DNA of 64,000 nt, taken from Microthyrium microscopicum (lineage: Eukaryota). Within the stretch, counting starts at the first letter, position 1, and each line of letters starts with the position of its first letter. Of the stretch, positions 27,338-38,317 are shown one piece after another. A model generated the notes under the pieces. That model worked only from the letters and a program-made list of their open reading frames with translations, was not told the origin of the DNA and searched no databases. The stretch spans positions 267,481-331,480 of the forward strand of contig MU004232.1 in the NCBI GenBank assembly GCA_010405405.1. Direction: 5' to 3'. The translations under genes were made by a program, and so were the position numbers.

Positions 27338-28430
27338 TATATCATGCTCTAAAGAAACCTTTGCCAAATCCCGGCCATGACTTCCGACTCATGGGCTCAG
27401 CACTACCTTTTGATCTCCCAAAGCATTTCACACTTACACCCAACACGCTACACAGCCCTGATCAGAAGCATATTTCTCTGCTTTTACGATGTACTTACAC
27501 CCACTAGGCAGATCCACTTCTACCAGGTCTTGAAAATCGTCTTGTGCAGGTCTGGTCATACTCAGGATCGGGTCGAGGTCGAGGTCGAGGTACTCCATAT
27601 AGAGGTGTTGCGGGATGGCCTCACCCTGAAGAAGAGTCAGCAATACGTGACTTATGGCGTAACCCCTCCCCTCCTCCGCGAACTCATCGACCTTCAGCGA
27701 CTCGTTACACTGCAGGGCCTGACGGGATACGAACGGCGGGTTTGACTGTGCCACCCGGGGGGCTTATACCCGATTATGTGCAAGACCCTGCAGCGCAAGC
27801 ACCACGATCCTTTGCACAGAGCCATTCTGGACAGCCACAAGACCAACATGGAGCACACTATCAAGGACAGGCACCATATTTCCAGCATTTAATGTATCAG
27901 CAGCACCACCAGCCATCACAATTTTATCAGTACTCGCCATTCGCAAGCCAATTTCAGATAAATCCGAGTATACCAAGAGACTGGGGCCAGCCACAGACTC
28001 CATATAGCTATCCTATAGCACCACCCTTCGCATTGAATCCGGGTGCACCTTTGTATAATCCAACTTCCGATCTTCACCGGATGCAGTCGCACCAGCAAGA
28101 GAACAGGCAGCCCCCAGCGTCACAGCAAACCGCTCATCGAAGGAGACCAGTTATACAAACTGACTTGGGTCTAGCTCCAAGCTCAGACTCGAGTCCTAAT
28201 ACACCACAGTTCTTCCAACCTCGATCGCAACGACGCGATATCCAGGTAAAGCCTGACTACGCTGCTGGTCTCAGTGCAGCACTGCAAGTCGCTCATGGGT
28301 TGCGCAATGGTGGAAATCGTCTTCCACCTGTGCCTGTGCCTGTGCCCGCTGTACACGACATACCCGGATTGCTCCAGCCTACATCAGAGAGCTATTTGGC
28401 GAGCAGGTAAGATTCTCCCGTGCCAATAAT

Positions 28431-28750
28431 CACATTTCTTGACGATATTCATTGGTATATCAAAAACACCATATTTCCCATCGCATTCGATGGCTGCCAT
28501 AGAATGCGTTCCTAATCGAGTGCTGTGGCTTCCACCAAATGCGATGGGAGTTTTACGGTTTCACGTTGAAAGACCAAATAGTCTTTCCAGCCACATTCTT
28601 TGACGATATTTGTTCCGACCAAAAGTGACACATCTCCCATCGCATTCGATGGCCCCCATAGAATGCGTTGCTGATCGAGCGCTTTGGCTGCCACCGGATG
28701 CGATGGGCAGTCGACTCCCCCGCAGCGAAAAGACCAAATGGTCTTTTTAT
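28431..28750 (+). repeat. Intronic tandem duplication of about 160 bp, each unit with a 72-nt hairpin and a small AAAGAC..GTCTTT hairpin
   Basis: cacatt..ttgacgatatt..cccatcgcattcgatggc..catagaatgcgtt..atgcgatggg..aaagaccaaat(a/g)gtcttt is seen twice with a period of about 159-161. Confidence 0.9.
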
Positions 28751-29215
28751 CTTATACTAACGAGTTCTAGGTTATCTGCGATGCTGGAACCAGCTCAACA
28801 TGAGCGACCCCCTCCTTTGTTTACAAATGAGGTTGCATTTCACCATGAGGATCGCTCACTGACTCGGCAAGTCTCGCAAACTGAAAGGGCACATCAGAGA
28901 GTTGAATCTTTCAGACCACAAAACTCTAGACCTGTCAGTTTATTTCCAGTTCCTGAAATGACTACAACACAAGCAGACACCAGAGATGAAGATTTGAAGG
29001 AGGAAGCAGAAGCAAAGTCTGCCGCGGAAGAAACACAACAATCCTCACGAGTAGAGGAGCGGGAGAATGGCGAATCGAATCGGGACGAAGCCCCAGCGGT
29101 TATACGGGAAAGATCAGGCGCCGTGGATGAGCTGGGTATTGACTCTTTCCCGCCTCGCGTCGTCAAAAAGTCTGAGCAAGAACCTAAAGTACAGCCCAGT
29201 CAGCACTCTGAACGA

Positions 29216-29416
29216 GAGCAGCCATCCAAGGAGCAGCCATCTCAGGAGCAGCCAGCCCAGGAGCAGCCATCCCAGGAGTAGCCATCCCAGGAGCAGTCAT
29301 CCCAAGAGCAGTCATCCCAAGAGCAGCCATCCCAGGAGCAGTCATCCCAAGAGCAGCCATCCCAGGAGCAGCCATCCCAGGAGCAGCCATCTCAGGAGCA
29401 GCCACTCCAGGAGCAG
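29216..29416 (+). repeat. 15-bp coding minisatellite (GAGCAGCCATCCCAG, encoding EQPSQ), about 13 copies
   Basis: Directly visible. One unit has CAG changed to TAG. Confidence 0.95.
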
Positions 29417-30507
29417 ACCGGAGCTTCTCAGACAAAGACCGCACCGCCCCAGTCAAAACCCACACCACCGAAGGTCAAGAAGAACCCTCTCCCCGAACAC
29501 TCAACACCCTACGCAGCTCCAAGGCGTCCCCAAGTCAAAATCCAGCCTCCCTCAAGAAAAGCATCGCCTCCAACTCCACGGCCGAAATTCGATGAAAGCA
29601 AATTGATGCCCAAGCCGGAAACGGCAAAGGACAGGAAAGCTCGCGAACGCGCAGAGAAGAAGGCTAGACAGAAGGCTCCGGCATTTGATTCCGAGCAGAG
29701 ACTATTTCCCCTGAAAGATCCAGCAGATCTGATGGCGCCCAGCAATGAGGATGGTGGAAAGGATGTTTCGACAGATGGACAGGATGAGCCGAACGAGGAG
29801 GCTGAAGAGAAGAAGGACGATGGTGAAGAAGAAGGATGATGGGAAAGAAGAAGGGTGATGGACATTTTCCGTGATGGACATTCTTTCATTAATTTGGTCA
29901 CTTTTTATGCTATTGCTTGTTGATATTGCTCTGATTTTGTCTTTTGTTTCATTTTTTTAGACAGAAATCAATCATTGCTTCTCAACTTTATTGGCATTTT
30001 GAGACCGTGAGTAGTTTACAAAATAAACGGTGTTCTCCCATCGACTCTGATGGCTCTCACCAACGCATTTCATTAAGAGGTGCTTTACTTGCCACTGCAT
30101 TCGATGGGAAATCCAAATGTGAACGCCCTTTATGATAAATAAAGCACTCGATATTAAAGCGTAGCAGATGGGAGACACCGTATTCGATGAGAGACACCGT
30201 ATTCGATGGGAGCGCGCCATGTATTTGTCAAATGGTTGATACTGATACCTCTCATGAACACTCAGCCCATTCCGAAGCTCAAAAACATATACCACTACAA
30301 CAAGACGGTTAAGTCACTCAAGACATACACACAATTGGTAGCATCACGCTCTTATTTGCCATCAAGTGCTATTACATTTCTTTTCCCGTTGATGCACATG
30401 TAACCCCGAACAATTTACTAATCCTTTGCAACCGACGCCCTCCTGAACCCACGACTATTAAGACCGCCAATCGACTTTTTGGAATGAAATGATACCGTAG
30501 AAGAGGT

Positions 30508-32884
30508 TTACTCGAGAGCAAGAACCTATAGATGTGATTAGCAAAGACATATCAAATGTTTGGTGTGAAGACTTACAATAGCAGTGCGGGTAGGAATATA
30601 AACCTGCACGAAATTCTTCCTCTCATTCCACGGCATATCTGTCGTAAAGAACCTCGACGCACTATCAATATTCTTGAACCCACCAAACTGCTCCGCATCC
30701 GTGTTGACCACAATCTTGTACGTGCCCGCGCGATCGACACCAACGCGATAGTCCGTATAACTTTCCGTGGGATGGAAATTGAAGATCCACAATAGGCCCG
30801 CGCGTTCGAAAACGATGACTTTGTCGGCATCATGTTTGAGGGAGACGTATGCTTGGTCGGCGGCAAGCCAGCCATAGCGTGCTTCAGTATTTTGCATACA
30901 GCTGTCGAACTCGTTGAGGAACTTGTAGCGTAGGAGGGGATCATCGACGAGGTTGAATTGCCGGCGTGCGTAGTGGAAGCTGTTGTTGTTGCCTTCGCGG
31001 GGGAAGTCTAGCCATTCGGGGTGGCCGAATTCATTGCCTTCAAAGTTTAGGTAGCCTTCGCCGCCGAGGCCGTGGGTTAGGAGGCGGATCATCTTGTGGA
31101 GGGCGAGACCGCGGCCGATGACTTCGGTCATTGGGGACATGACACTCATGTTTGTGTAGAGCTCTGCATCGCAAAGCCACATCATCAGACTCTTGTCGCC
31201 AACTAGTGCTTGGTCGTGGGATTCGGCGTATGCGATTGTCTTTTCGCCGTGACGGCGGTTGGTGAGAGTGTAGCAGAGGTGGCCCATGTCCCAGTCAATG
31301 TCGGCTTTTTCTTTGAGCCATTTGATGTATAGATCAGGGATGGCCATGGCGAGGCGGTAGTCGAAGCCCATACCACCGAGGGAGAGGGGAAGACAGAGGG
31401 CGGGCATGCCGGAGACGTCTTCGGCGATGGTTATTACGTCGGGGTAGATGTTGTGAAGCATTTCGTTGGCAAGCATTAGGTAGACTACGCCTTCTTCGTC
31501 GACTTGGTCGCCAAAGTATTCGTGGTAGCCTCCAGAGAAGCCGCTGTGATGGTTAGATGATGCTGACAATATGGAAAGGAAGTACTTACGTCCCGATGCC
31601 GTGATGAAGATATAGCATGCTTGTGACACCGTCGAATCTGAACCCGTCGAATTGATACTCGTCCATCCAGAATCGCAGGTTGCTAAGAAGAAAGCGGAGG
31701 ACTTCATGGTGGCCATAGTTGAACAGCCGGCTATCCCACAACTCATGACGGCCTTTTACGCCTTCATGGAAGTATTGATGATCACTACCATCGAATTCAT
31801 TCAACCCATCAAGCACATTCTTCGAGGCATGAGAGTGGACAACGTCTAGAAGAACCGTGATTCCCATTCCATGAGCAGTATCAACAAGCTCTTTCAAGTC
31901 GTCAGGGAAGCCATAGCGACTACTTGCAGCAAAGAAGTTGTTGATTTGATAACCAAAGCTGGCGTAGTAGGCATGTTCCATGATGGCCATTAATTGGATG
32001 GTATTGTAACCAAGATCGCGGATCCGTGGGAGGATGTTATGGGTGAACTCCTTGTATGTCGCGACTTTCCCTTCGGGTGATGAGATACCAACATGAGCTT
32101 CGTAGATTCGAACGCTCTTGGGATGTGGTGGCTTTTGGTTCCTGAAGACGTACTTTTCGGATCCTGGTGGATTCCAGAATCTAGCATCGTATACAGGCGA
32201 TACATTCAAGTCTTGTGTAACTCTTTTGATCCAGGCCGGTAATCTTTCAAGACGCTCGCCGTGCATTGGGGCTTCTAGTGAAATCTGGCGAATTGTTAGA
32301 CAAGTCGGGCTAAGCTTAAGAGATTCCAACCTTGATTTTGGAATCATGTGCGATCGCAGGTTGGCCGTTGGCAGCAGGGATGAGAATCTCGAATACACCA
32401 AATTGATTCTTCTTCATTTCATGGGAATGACGATCCCAGCCATCTAATCATGTTAGTACGAGTTGTTTTCCAAGGAAGGTGGCATACTAAAGTCGCCAAT
32501 TAAGAAGGCCTTGGTGGCATTGGGAGCCCATTCGCGATAGAGGATATCATTGTTTGGCTGTACGAGGAAGCCATAACACTCGTATCCCTAGTGCGATTAG
32601 CTATAGTTGTAAAAGCAAATGACTAGTACGTACCCTACTGAACTTCTCGAGCCCGCCCTCAGTTTCATCAAGGGTCTTGATCCATTTTTGGGCTTTGCTA
32701 AATCGACGTTTGAGGGAGTCCTTGAAGGGTCCAAGCCATGGATCTAGGTCCACGACACCTGAAAAGATGCGCGTTAGTCAATTGGTGAAGTAGATGAAGC
32801 TTGGGACTTACCAGTGCCGTCTGGAACCTTTTGACCTTGGACAACTGACTGATTGACAGAGTTGCTGGCGTTGGACAGCGCCAT
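30508..32884 (-). CDS. GLC3: 1,4-alpha-glucan (glycogen) branching enzyme, GH13, multi-exon
   Basis: [93 protein letters not shown] at 32884; the last exon VLALE* ends at 30508. Six GT-AG introns were located. Confidence 0.97.
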
Positions 32885-33552
32885 TGAGTATGCGATGGAG
32901 CTAGCTTGTGGTATAAGCGGTGAGAGGAACAAAGGTTGGAGGTGGATGGCAGGGCCAATATTTATGGCAGGGAGTATTTAAAGATTTTGGAGAATGATAT
33001 GAAAATGGAGTAGAAATTGTATACGAAGGTTGTCCGTAGAATTATCTTGTGGTTTGTTGAGCTGTTGGCTGTTGGTGGAGCTATCTTTGACAAGACGTCA
33101 GAGTGCTGGGATGATGCTTCCTGCATGCCATTTCTTCATCCCTCCCTTTACAGGAACACACTGCCATTTCAAGCCTCCGCTATCTCTCAAGCAGCAAGCT
33201 CCTAATCTCATCTTCATTCAGCTGTGGGTGATTGGACCCTTATCCGATCCCGACCTCGTTGTTTCCAACCGCCAGCAACCGTTTGACTGGCGGCAACCCC
33301 TCCTCCAGAAGTGTGCCTCCAATCCTCTACACAATCTCCATCCGACATTACTCTCCGAGGGGTCTCTTCACTGCTACTATTGTTTTGCCTCATTGCTCCT
33401 TCCCTACTTCTCCATCCCGACTTCCTCCTGTGTCTGTTGTTCTTTCCCAATGCGGGTGCCATCCCGGTCCCGACTTCCCGCATAGCTTCCATAGCTCCTT
33501 CCCCGCCTTCCGCCATACCATAACCACCACATCATACACAAGTAGTTACACC

Positions 33553-35550
33553 ATGCGACCTAGAGCCAGTCCTCTCTCCTTCCTACGCCCCTCTCGGTCA
33601 AATCTTCCAAGATCAAAATGGCACCCGGCTCGCCGAACCCGTCGATTCTCTACTCCTACACCTCGCCGCTCCTCGGGTCAATTCAACCGGTCCGATTTTG
33701 GCAATCAGCCGTTCAGCGGCATATATGAACCAGGCGGTCCTACTCAAGGACCACTTGGTGGTGCCAGTAATATCGGCGCGCCCAAGATCACACCCAAAAA
33801 GCTCAAACAGCATCTCGATGAATTTGTAGTCGGTCAAGAACGCGCCAAAAAGGTACTCAGTACCGCCGTTTACAACCACTATCAGCGAATCGAAGAGCTA
33901 CAGCGGCAGCAAAGGGAATATGAAAAGGCAGAGGAAAGACGAGCTCGTGTAGAGTTGTCAAATCGGCACCCCGTCGAAGGTACCTTGTACCCCGTTCGCG
34001 ATGGTTTTGTCGATTCCCATGACGACTCCCATACAATGGGGAGTAGCCATGCCCAATCACGCAGTTCTTCTGCAGGGCATGGCAAGTTTCATCGTTTAGA
34101 TCTTGATCATGATCCTGCTCAGCAAATGTATAATGAAGGCTTTCTGATGGATAGTGTGCCAGATGAATTTCCAGGCCAGCAGGCAACGCCTCGGAGCCAT
34201 ACCGTGCCTCCACAACAGCCACTTGGAAAAGAGGCTACATTGTCGGAGATGCATGATGATCCACCTTCGATAAGCTTGGAGAAGTCGAACATATTACTAC
34301 TTGGTCCGTCGGGCGTTGGCAAGACCTTAATGGCAAAGACATTGGCACGAGTGCTGGATGTGCCTTTTAGCATGTCAGACTGTACACCATTAACGCAAGC
34401 GGGTTACATTGGTGAAGATGCCGAAGTAGTAGTACAAAGACTACTATCAGCTGCAAACTATGATATTGCAAAAGCCGAGACGGGTATAATATGTCTAGAC
34501 GAGATAGACAAAATTGCCAGTGCAAAGGTCAGCCATGGCAAAGACGTAAGCGGCGAAGGCGTCCAGCAAGCTCTTCTCAAAATTATCGAAGGGACCACAG
34601 TAACAGTACAAGCCAAGAACGAAAAGACATCTCCCGCTACAGGTCGCGAACGAGACCGAAATTCTGGCTCGCCACCAAATACCTTTCCTCAGAGCCCACC
34701 CAGCAGCGGTCCGTCGGGCGGCAAAAACGAAGTCTACACCGTTCGTACGGACAACATCCTCTTCATATGCACCGGCGCCTTCATTGGCCTCCACAAGCTC
34801 GTCATGGAGCGCATCGCCAAAGGCTCAATCGGCTTCAATGCGCCCGTCCGCGCCTCCGCTGACCCCAATAAAGGCTCTCACGACACCACTATCAAAGTCG
34901 ACCGCTCCAACGCCCATCTCTTCAAAGACCACATACCCTTCTGGCACTCCCCCTCCGAAACCACACCATACGCCCACTCGTCCAACGCGCCCCTCCCCCG
35001 CAAAACAGAGCCAGAAGACGATCCGAATCTCCTCAACACGCTCGATCTAATCACCCCATCTGATCTCCAAAAATTTGGCCTCATTCCCGAACTAATTGGC
35101 CGCATCCCCGTCCACTGCGCCGTCTCGCCGCTCTCCGAACGCGCACTCGTCCGCGTTCTCACCGAACCACGCAACGCGCTCCTGAAGCAATACCAATCCC
35201 TCTTCAACCTCTCTGGCATCGAACTACGCTTTACGACTGCCGCCATCCGCGCCATTGCATCTAAAGCATCCGGTCTAGGTACTGGCGCAAGAGGTCTACG
35301 CGGTGTGCTGGAACAGGTGTTGGCAGAGAGCATGTTTGAGGCCCCGGGAAGTGGCACGAAGTACGTGCTAGTCACCAAGGAGGTGGTGGAAAGGAGAGCG
35401 GCGCCAGTGCATTTGGCAAGGGGGCAGGGCCAGTTGTTCGCGAGTTTGGCAGCGCAGGAGGAGGAGAGGGAAGGGGATGGTGAGAGTGGAGATGGGGCCG
35501 TGAGTAACTTCCAGGAGTATAGGAAAAAGGTTTCTGCGGCAGGCCAGTAA
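33553..35550 (+). CDS. MCX1: Mitochondrial ClpX AAA+ chaperone; probable intron 33980-34162
   Basis: Arg/Ser-rich presequence from ATG 33553, then LDEFVVGQERAKKVLS, KSNILLLGPSGVGKT (Walker A), TQAGYIGED, IICLDEIDKI (Walker B), DVSGEGVQQALLK, IGF loop, GLIPELIGRIP and GTGARGLR. Confidence 0.95.
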   Translation: MRPRASPLSFLRPSRSNLPRSKWHPARRTRRFSTPTPRRSSGQFNRSDFGNQPFSGIYEPGGPTQGPLGGASNIGAPKITPKKLKQHLDEFVVGQERAKKVLSTAVYNHYQRIEELQRQQREYEKAEERRARVELSNRHPVEGTLYPVRDGFVDSHDDSHTMGSSHAQSRSSSAGHGKFHRLDLDHDPAQQMYNEGFLMDSVPDEFPGQQATPRSHTVPPQQPLGKEATLSEMHDDPPSISLEKSNILLLGPSGVGKTLMAKTLARVLDVPFSMSDCTPLTQAGYIGEDAEVVVQRLLSAANYDIAKAETGIICLDEIDKIASAKVSHGKDVSGEGVQQALLKIIEGTTVTVQAKNEKTSPATGRERDRNSGSPPNTFPQSPPSSGPSGGKNEVYTVRTDNILFICTGAFIGLHKLVMERIAKGSIGFNAPVRASADPNKGSHDTTIKVDRSNAHLFKDHIPFWHSPSETTPYAHSSNAPLPRKTEPEDDPNLLNTLDLITPSDLQKFGLIPELIGRIPVHCAVSPLSERALVRVLTEPRNALLKQYQSLFNLSGIELRFTTAAIRAIASKASGLGTGARGLRGVLEQVLAESMFEAPGSGTKYVLVTKEVVERRAAPVHLARGQGQLFASLAAQEEEREGDGESGDGAVSNFQEYRKKVSAAGQ

Positions 35551-36472
35551 GGGCTTGATGACGATGAATGAATTACATGCTTTGGCGAGTGAAATGCCGC
35601 TGGTTGCATCTTGATGGCATATGGACGAGATATTGAGACCTAGAATACACTACCCTCCAATATGTCAAAATAGTACGATGTACGATCTCATGAGGGAGTG
35701 AGTATACGAGAATATGAAATATAATAAACACTATTCATACACCTATCTTCTCTTTCAGAGTTTCTGCTTCCTTCAAGCTCAATTGCAACACGATAGGAAA
35801 GAAAGAATTAGCCAAAGACTAGCAGTCTAGCAAAGAACAATTACCTCGTCAATCTTTAACCCCATCGATCGTGGCATTGACAACTAAAAATCTACTGCCA
35901 TCTTGAAGATCAATATCCACTCATTCTCGGAGTCTCAAGTCCATGGAAGTCTGATCATAAGACGCCGACGGCCACCGGTCGGCCAGCGAACATGGCAAAC
36001 AGTGCCCTCCAAAATCACAGAACACGACTGAAAGACGGTAGGTAGTACACAATCTTTTGCATATAGACATGATCCAAATCCTTTATTTCACGTATGCCTT
36101 CAAAAAGACCAACATTACCACCGCCGTTGATCAGTCTTAGCCCTCAAGTAAGGCAGTCATGACATTTCAAGTAATCGGTGATGTATCAGGATGAAGTATC
36201 TGTATACCATAGTGAGTATCTATCTATAACCTGAGACAATGCTTTCGATTAATAGCTCCTCAGATTCCAACATCCCGTTGAACAGCCAGCAAACCAACAG
36301 ATAAGTTCATGGGATGAAGGTATTCAGCACCGTCAGTCCCGGTCCTCTCCACCAGTGCATCAAAGTACGAGATACCAGTTCGCAGCCACCACGCAGCGAG
36401 CCGCGCCGCTGAGCCTCGCAATGACAAGGCCAGCGCGCAAAGTGATTGGCCATGTATCATATCTCCATCCAC

Positions 36473-36511
36473 ACGCATCGACCCAACGCATCGACCCAAC
36501 GCATCGACCCA
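36473..36511 (+). repeat. 13-bp tandem repeat (acgcatcgaccca) x3
   Basis: Three perfect adjacent copies. Confidence 0.9.
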
Positions 36512-37293
36512 AGGCGAAGCAGATATCGGAATGCATGCCACCAATCAGGACCAGCGGGGAAGAAGATGCAACGTCCCGATGCTTGTAAGAGCTATATCGG
36601 AATCATCTATATACAGTACCTGACCTGGCCTTGTGGACCAGCGCAGCCAATGACCTAGAGCCGAAATCCAACAAACCTCGTGCTTTGATATCCAAAGAAC
36701 TATGGAACCAGCGAACACACACAGTAATCACACACCAAGAACACACAAAGATTGAAGGGGTCAAATAATTGTTTCCCACAATCCATTCGATGCAAGATCT
36801 ACGAACGGAAGGATGTGCGCACACACCCGAGAGAATTAACAAATAAATCCTCTCTGTAAGGAAAGCAAAAGAACTACTCTAGAAAGAAAGAGTAGAACAA
36901 GATCGAACCCCGAAAAAAAAAGGTTGCAAAAAAGCAGTCGTCAATGGTCGTAGAAAAAACATCAAAATGTTTCTGCAAAGTGCAAGCAATTGCAGAAACA
37001 AAAAAATGATGATATGTTTTTGACGTCCCCCGAACGCCGAGCTTTTTTGGTTGTTGTGTTGATGGGTAATGTTATGCAGTAAGCTGAATGGTTCTCTCTC
37101 CTCCGTCTCTCCGTCTCTGTCTGTACTCTTGATATCTGGAGATATCAAGTGTTTCCAAAACTCTTCCGTTGGTCGTTAGTGGATACCAGGGTATCTTGGG
37201 TATCAACAGTGTGCACTGCAAAAATCGTTTCGTTGGCTTAGGGGTTGAATGAGTTGGGTAAAGGAGTGGATTGGGTCGGTTGTGAGACATCGC

Positions 37294-38317
37294 TTAGTTG
37301 GGGCAGTCTGCCTGGAGATGGCCGGGCATCTTGCAGCGGTAGCACCTTTTGAAAAATCAGTCTTGTGCTTGTTTGATATGAGGAGAGAAGCCTTACATTC
37401 GCTCGCCGCCGCTCTGCTCCTGAGGACAGTTACGCGACATGTGACCACGTTCACCACCTATAGATTCGTTAGTATTTCAGGAATGTATGGTCAGGAAGAC
37501 AAAAGCTTACAGTTGTAGCACTTTTGGCCAGAGGCGCAATCGCGAGACATGTGTCCATAGCCACCACAGGAGAAGCACTGGGATCCGGCACCACCGTTAT
37601 TGTTGCCATAGCCGCCGCGTCCTCCTCCTCCATAGCCACCACGTCCTCCGCCGCCATATCCGCCTTCTCCACCTTGGGTGCAGTTACGGGCAATGTGTCC
37701 TGGCTTGCCGCCTATCAAGAACTATTAGTACATTCCGCCGTGGTATGGTTTGGCGGAGAGGGGTACTGACACTTGTAGCATTCTCCGCTTCCACCACCAC
37801 CGCCGCCGCCGCCAGAGGCATTACCTCCAGCATTGCTGGGACAGTTGCGCGAGAGATGGCCGACTATAATATTTCATTAATATTCTGGCAAGGCGAAGGG
37901 ACTGGGTGGATTTTACCTTGACCGCATCGGAAGCACGTAGCTCCAGAGCTGCCGCCAGCGCCGCTGCTTGTGGGACAGTCTCGACGGACGTGGCCCTTTT
38001 CGCCACATCCAAAGCAAGTTGGCTCGCCCTGCTCTTCAGTGCAATCACGAGAAATGTGACCGGGTTGGTTGCCTACATGATATCAAAATTAGTATACATA
38101 GAGGCCAGTTGAGGTTGAATGTATATCAAATTGAGCGCAATGTGGGATGTGGGTCCACATGGCTTGGTTGGACGTGGGCCAATAGCTGCATCGTGCGGCG
38201 ACGTGGAGTAGCACGCAGGTGCATTTGACGAGTGTTTGCAAAATTCGACAAGATGTCTAAAGAGAACTTACAGCGATAGCAGACGGCGCCCGAAGGCTGT
38301 TGAGATTGTTCTGCCAT
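37294..38317 (-). CDS. GIS2: CNBP/Gis2/Byr3-like protein with seven CCHC zinc knuckles and an RGG linker; exons 38317-38272, 38072-37917, 37863-37771, 37711-37511, 37457-37397, 37345-37294
   Basis: Manual splicing gives seven CX2CX4HX4C motifs ([14 protein letters not shown] through [14 protein letters not shown], then PN*) and [10 protein letters not shown] repeats. Confidence 0.92.

Larger units (their letters stand above)
26962..29839 (+). pseudogene. Orphan Q/P/E-rich low-complexity gene with one internal TAG (29279-29281); exons about 26962-27225, 27508 (or 27550)-28406, 28771-29839
   Basis: GTG|gtaaga at 27226, acceptors cactag at 27507 or tgcag at 27549, AG|gtaaga at 28407 and ctaac..tctag at 28770 all keep frame. 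ORFs 28610-29281 and 29603-29839 are one frame separated by a single TAG. Exon 1 is the least certain part. Confidence 0.55.

Noticed and set aside
28477..28707. 72-nt hairpins as tRNA genes
   Set aside because: No GTTCRA T-loop, D-loop or cloverleaf on either strand.
33232..33552. 107-codon upstream extension of the ClpX ORF from a TTG
   Set aside because: The region looks like a pyrimidine-rich 5' leader. ATG 33553 starts a typical mitochondrial presequence.
34878..35609. Long antisense ORFs over ClpX (and similarly over the P450, hydrolase and SCD6 genes)
   Set aside because: Shadow ORFs expected from codon bias on the coding strand.
38073..38271. Long first intron of GIS2 as a snoRNA host
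   Set aside because: Only weak hairpins, with no convincing C/D or H/ACA boxes.
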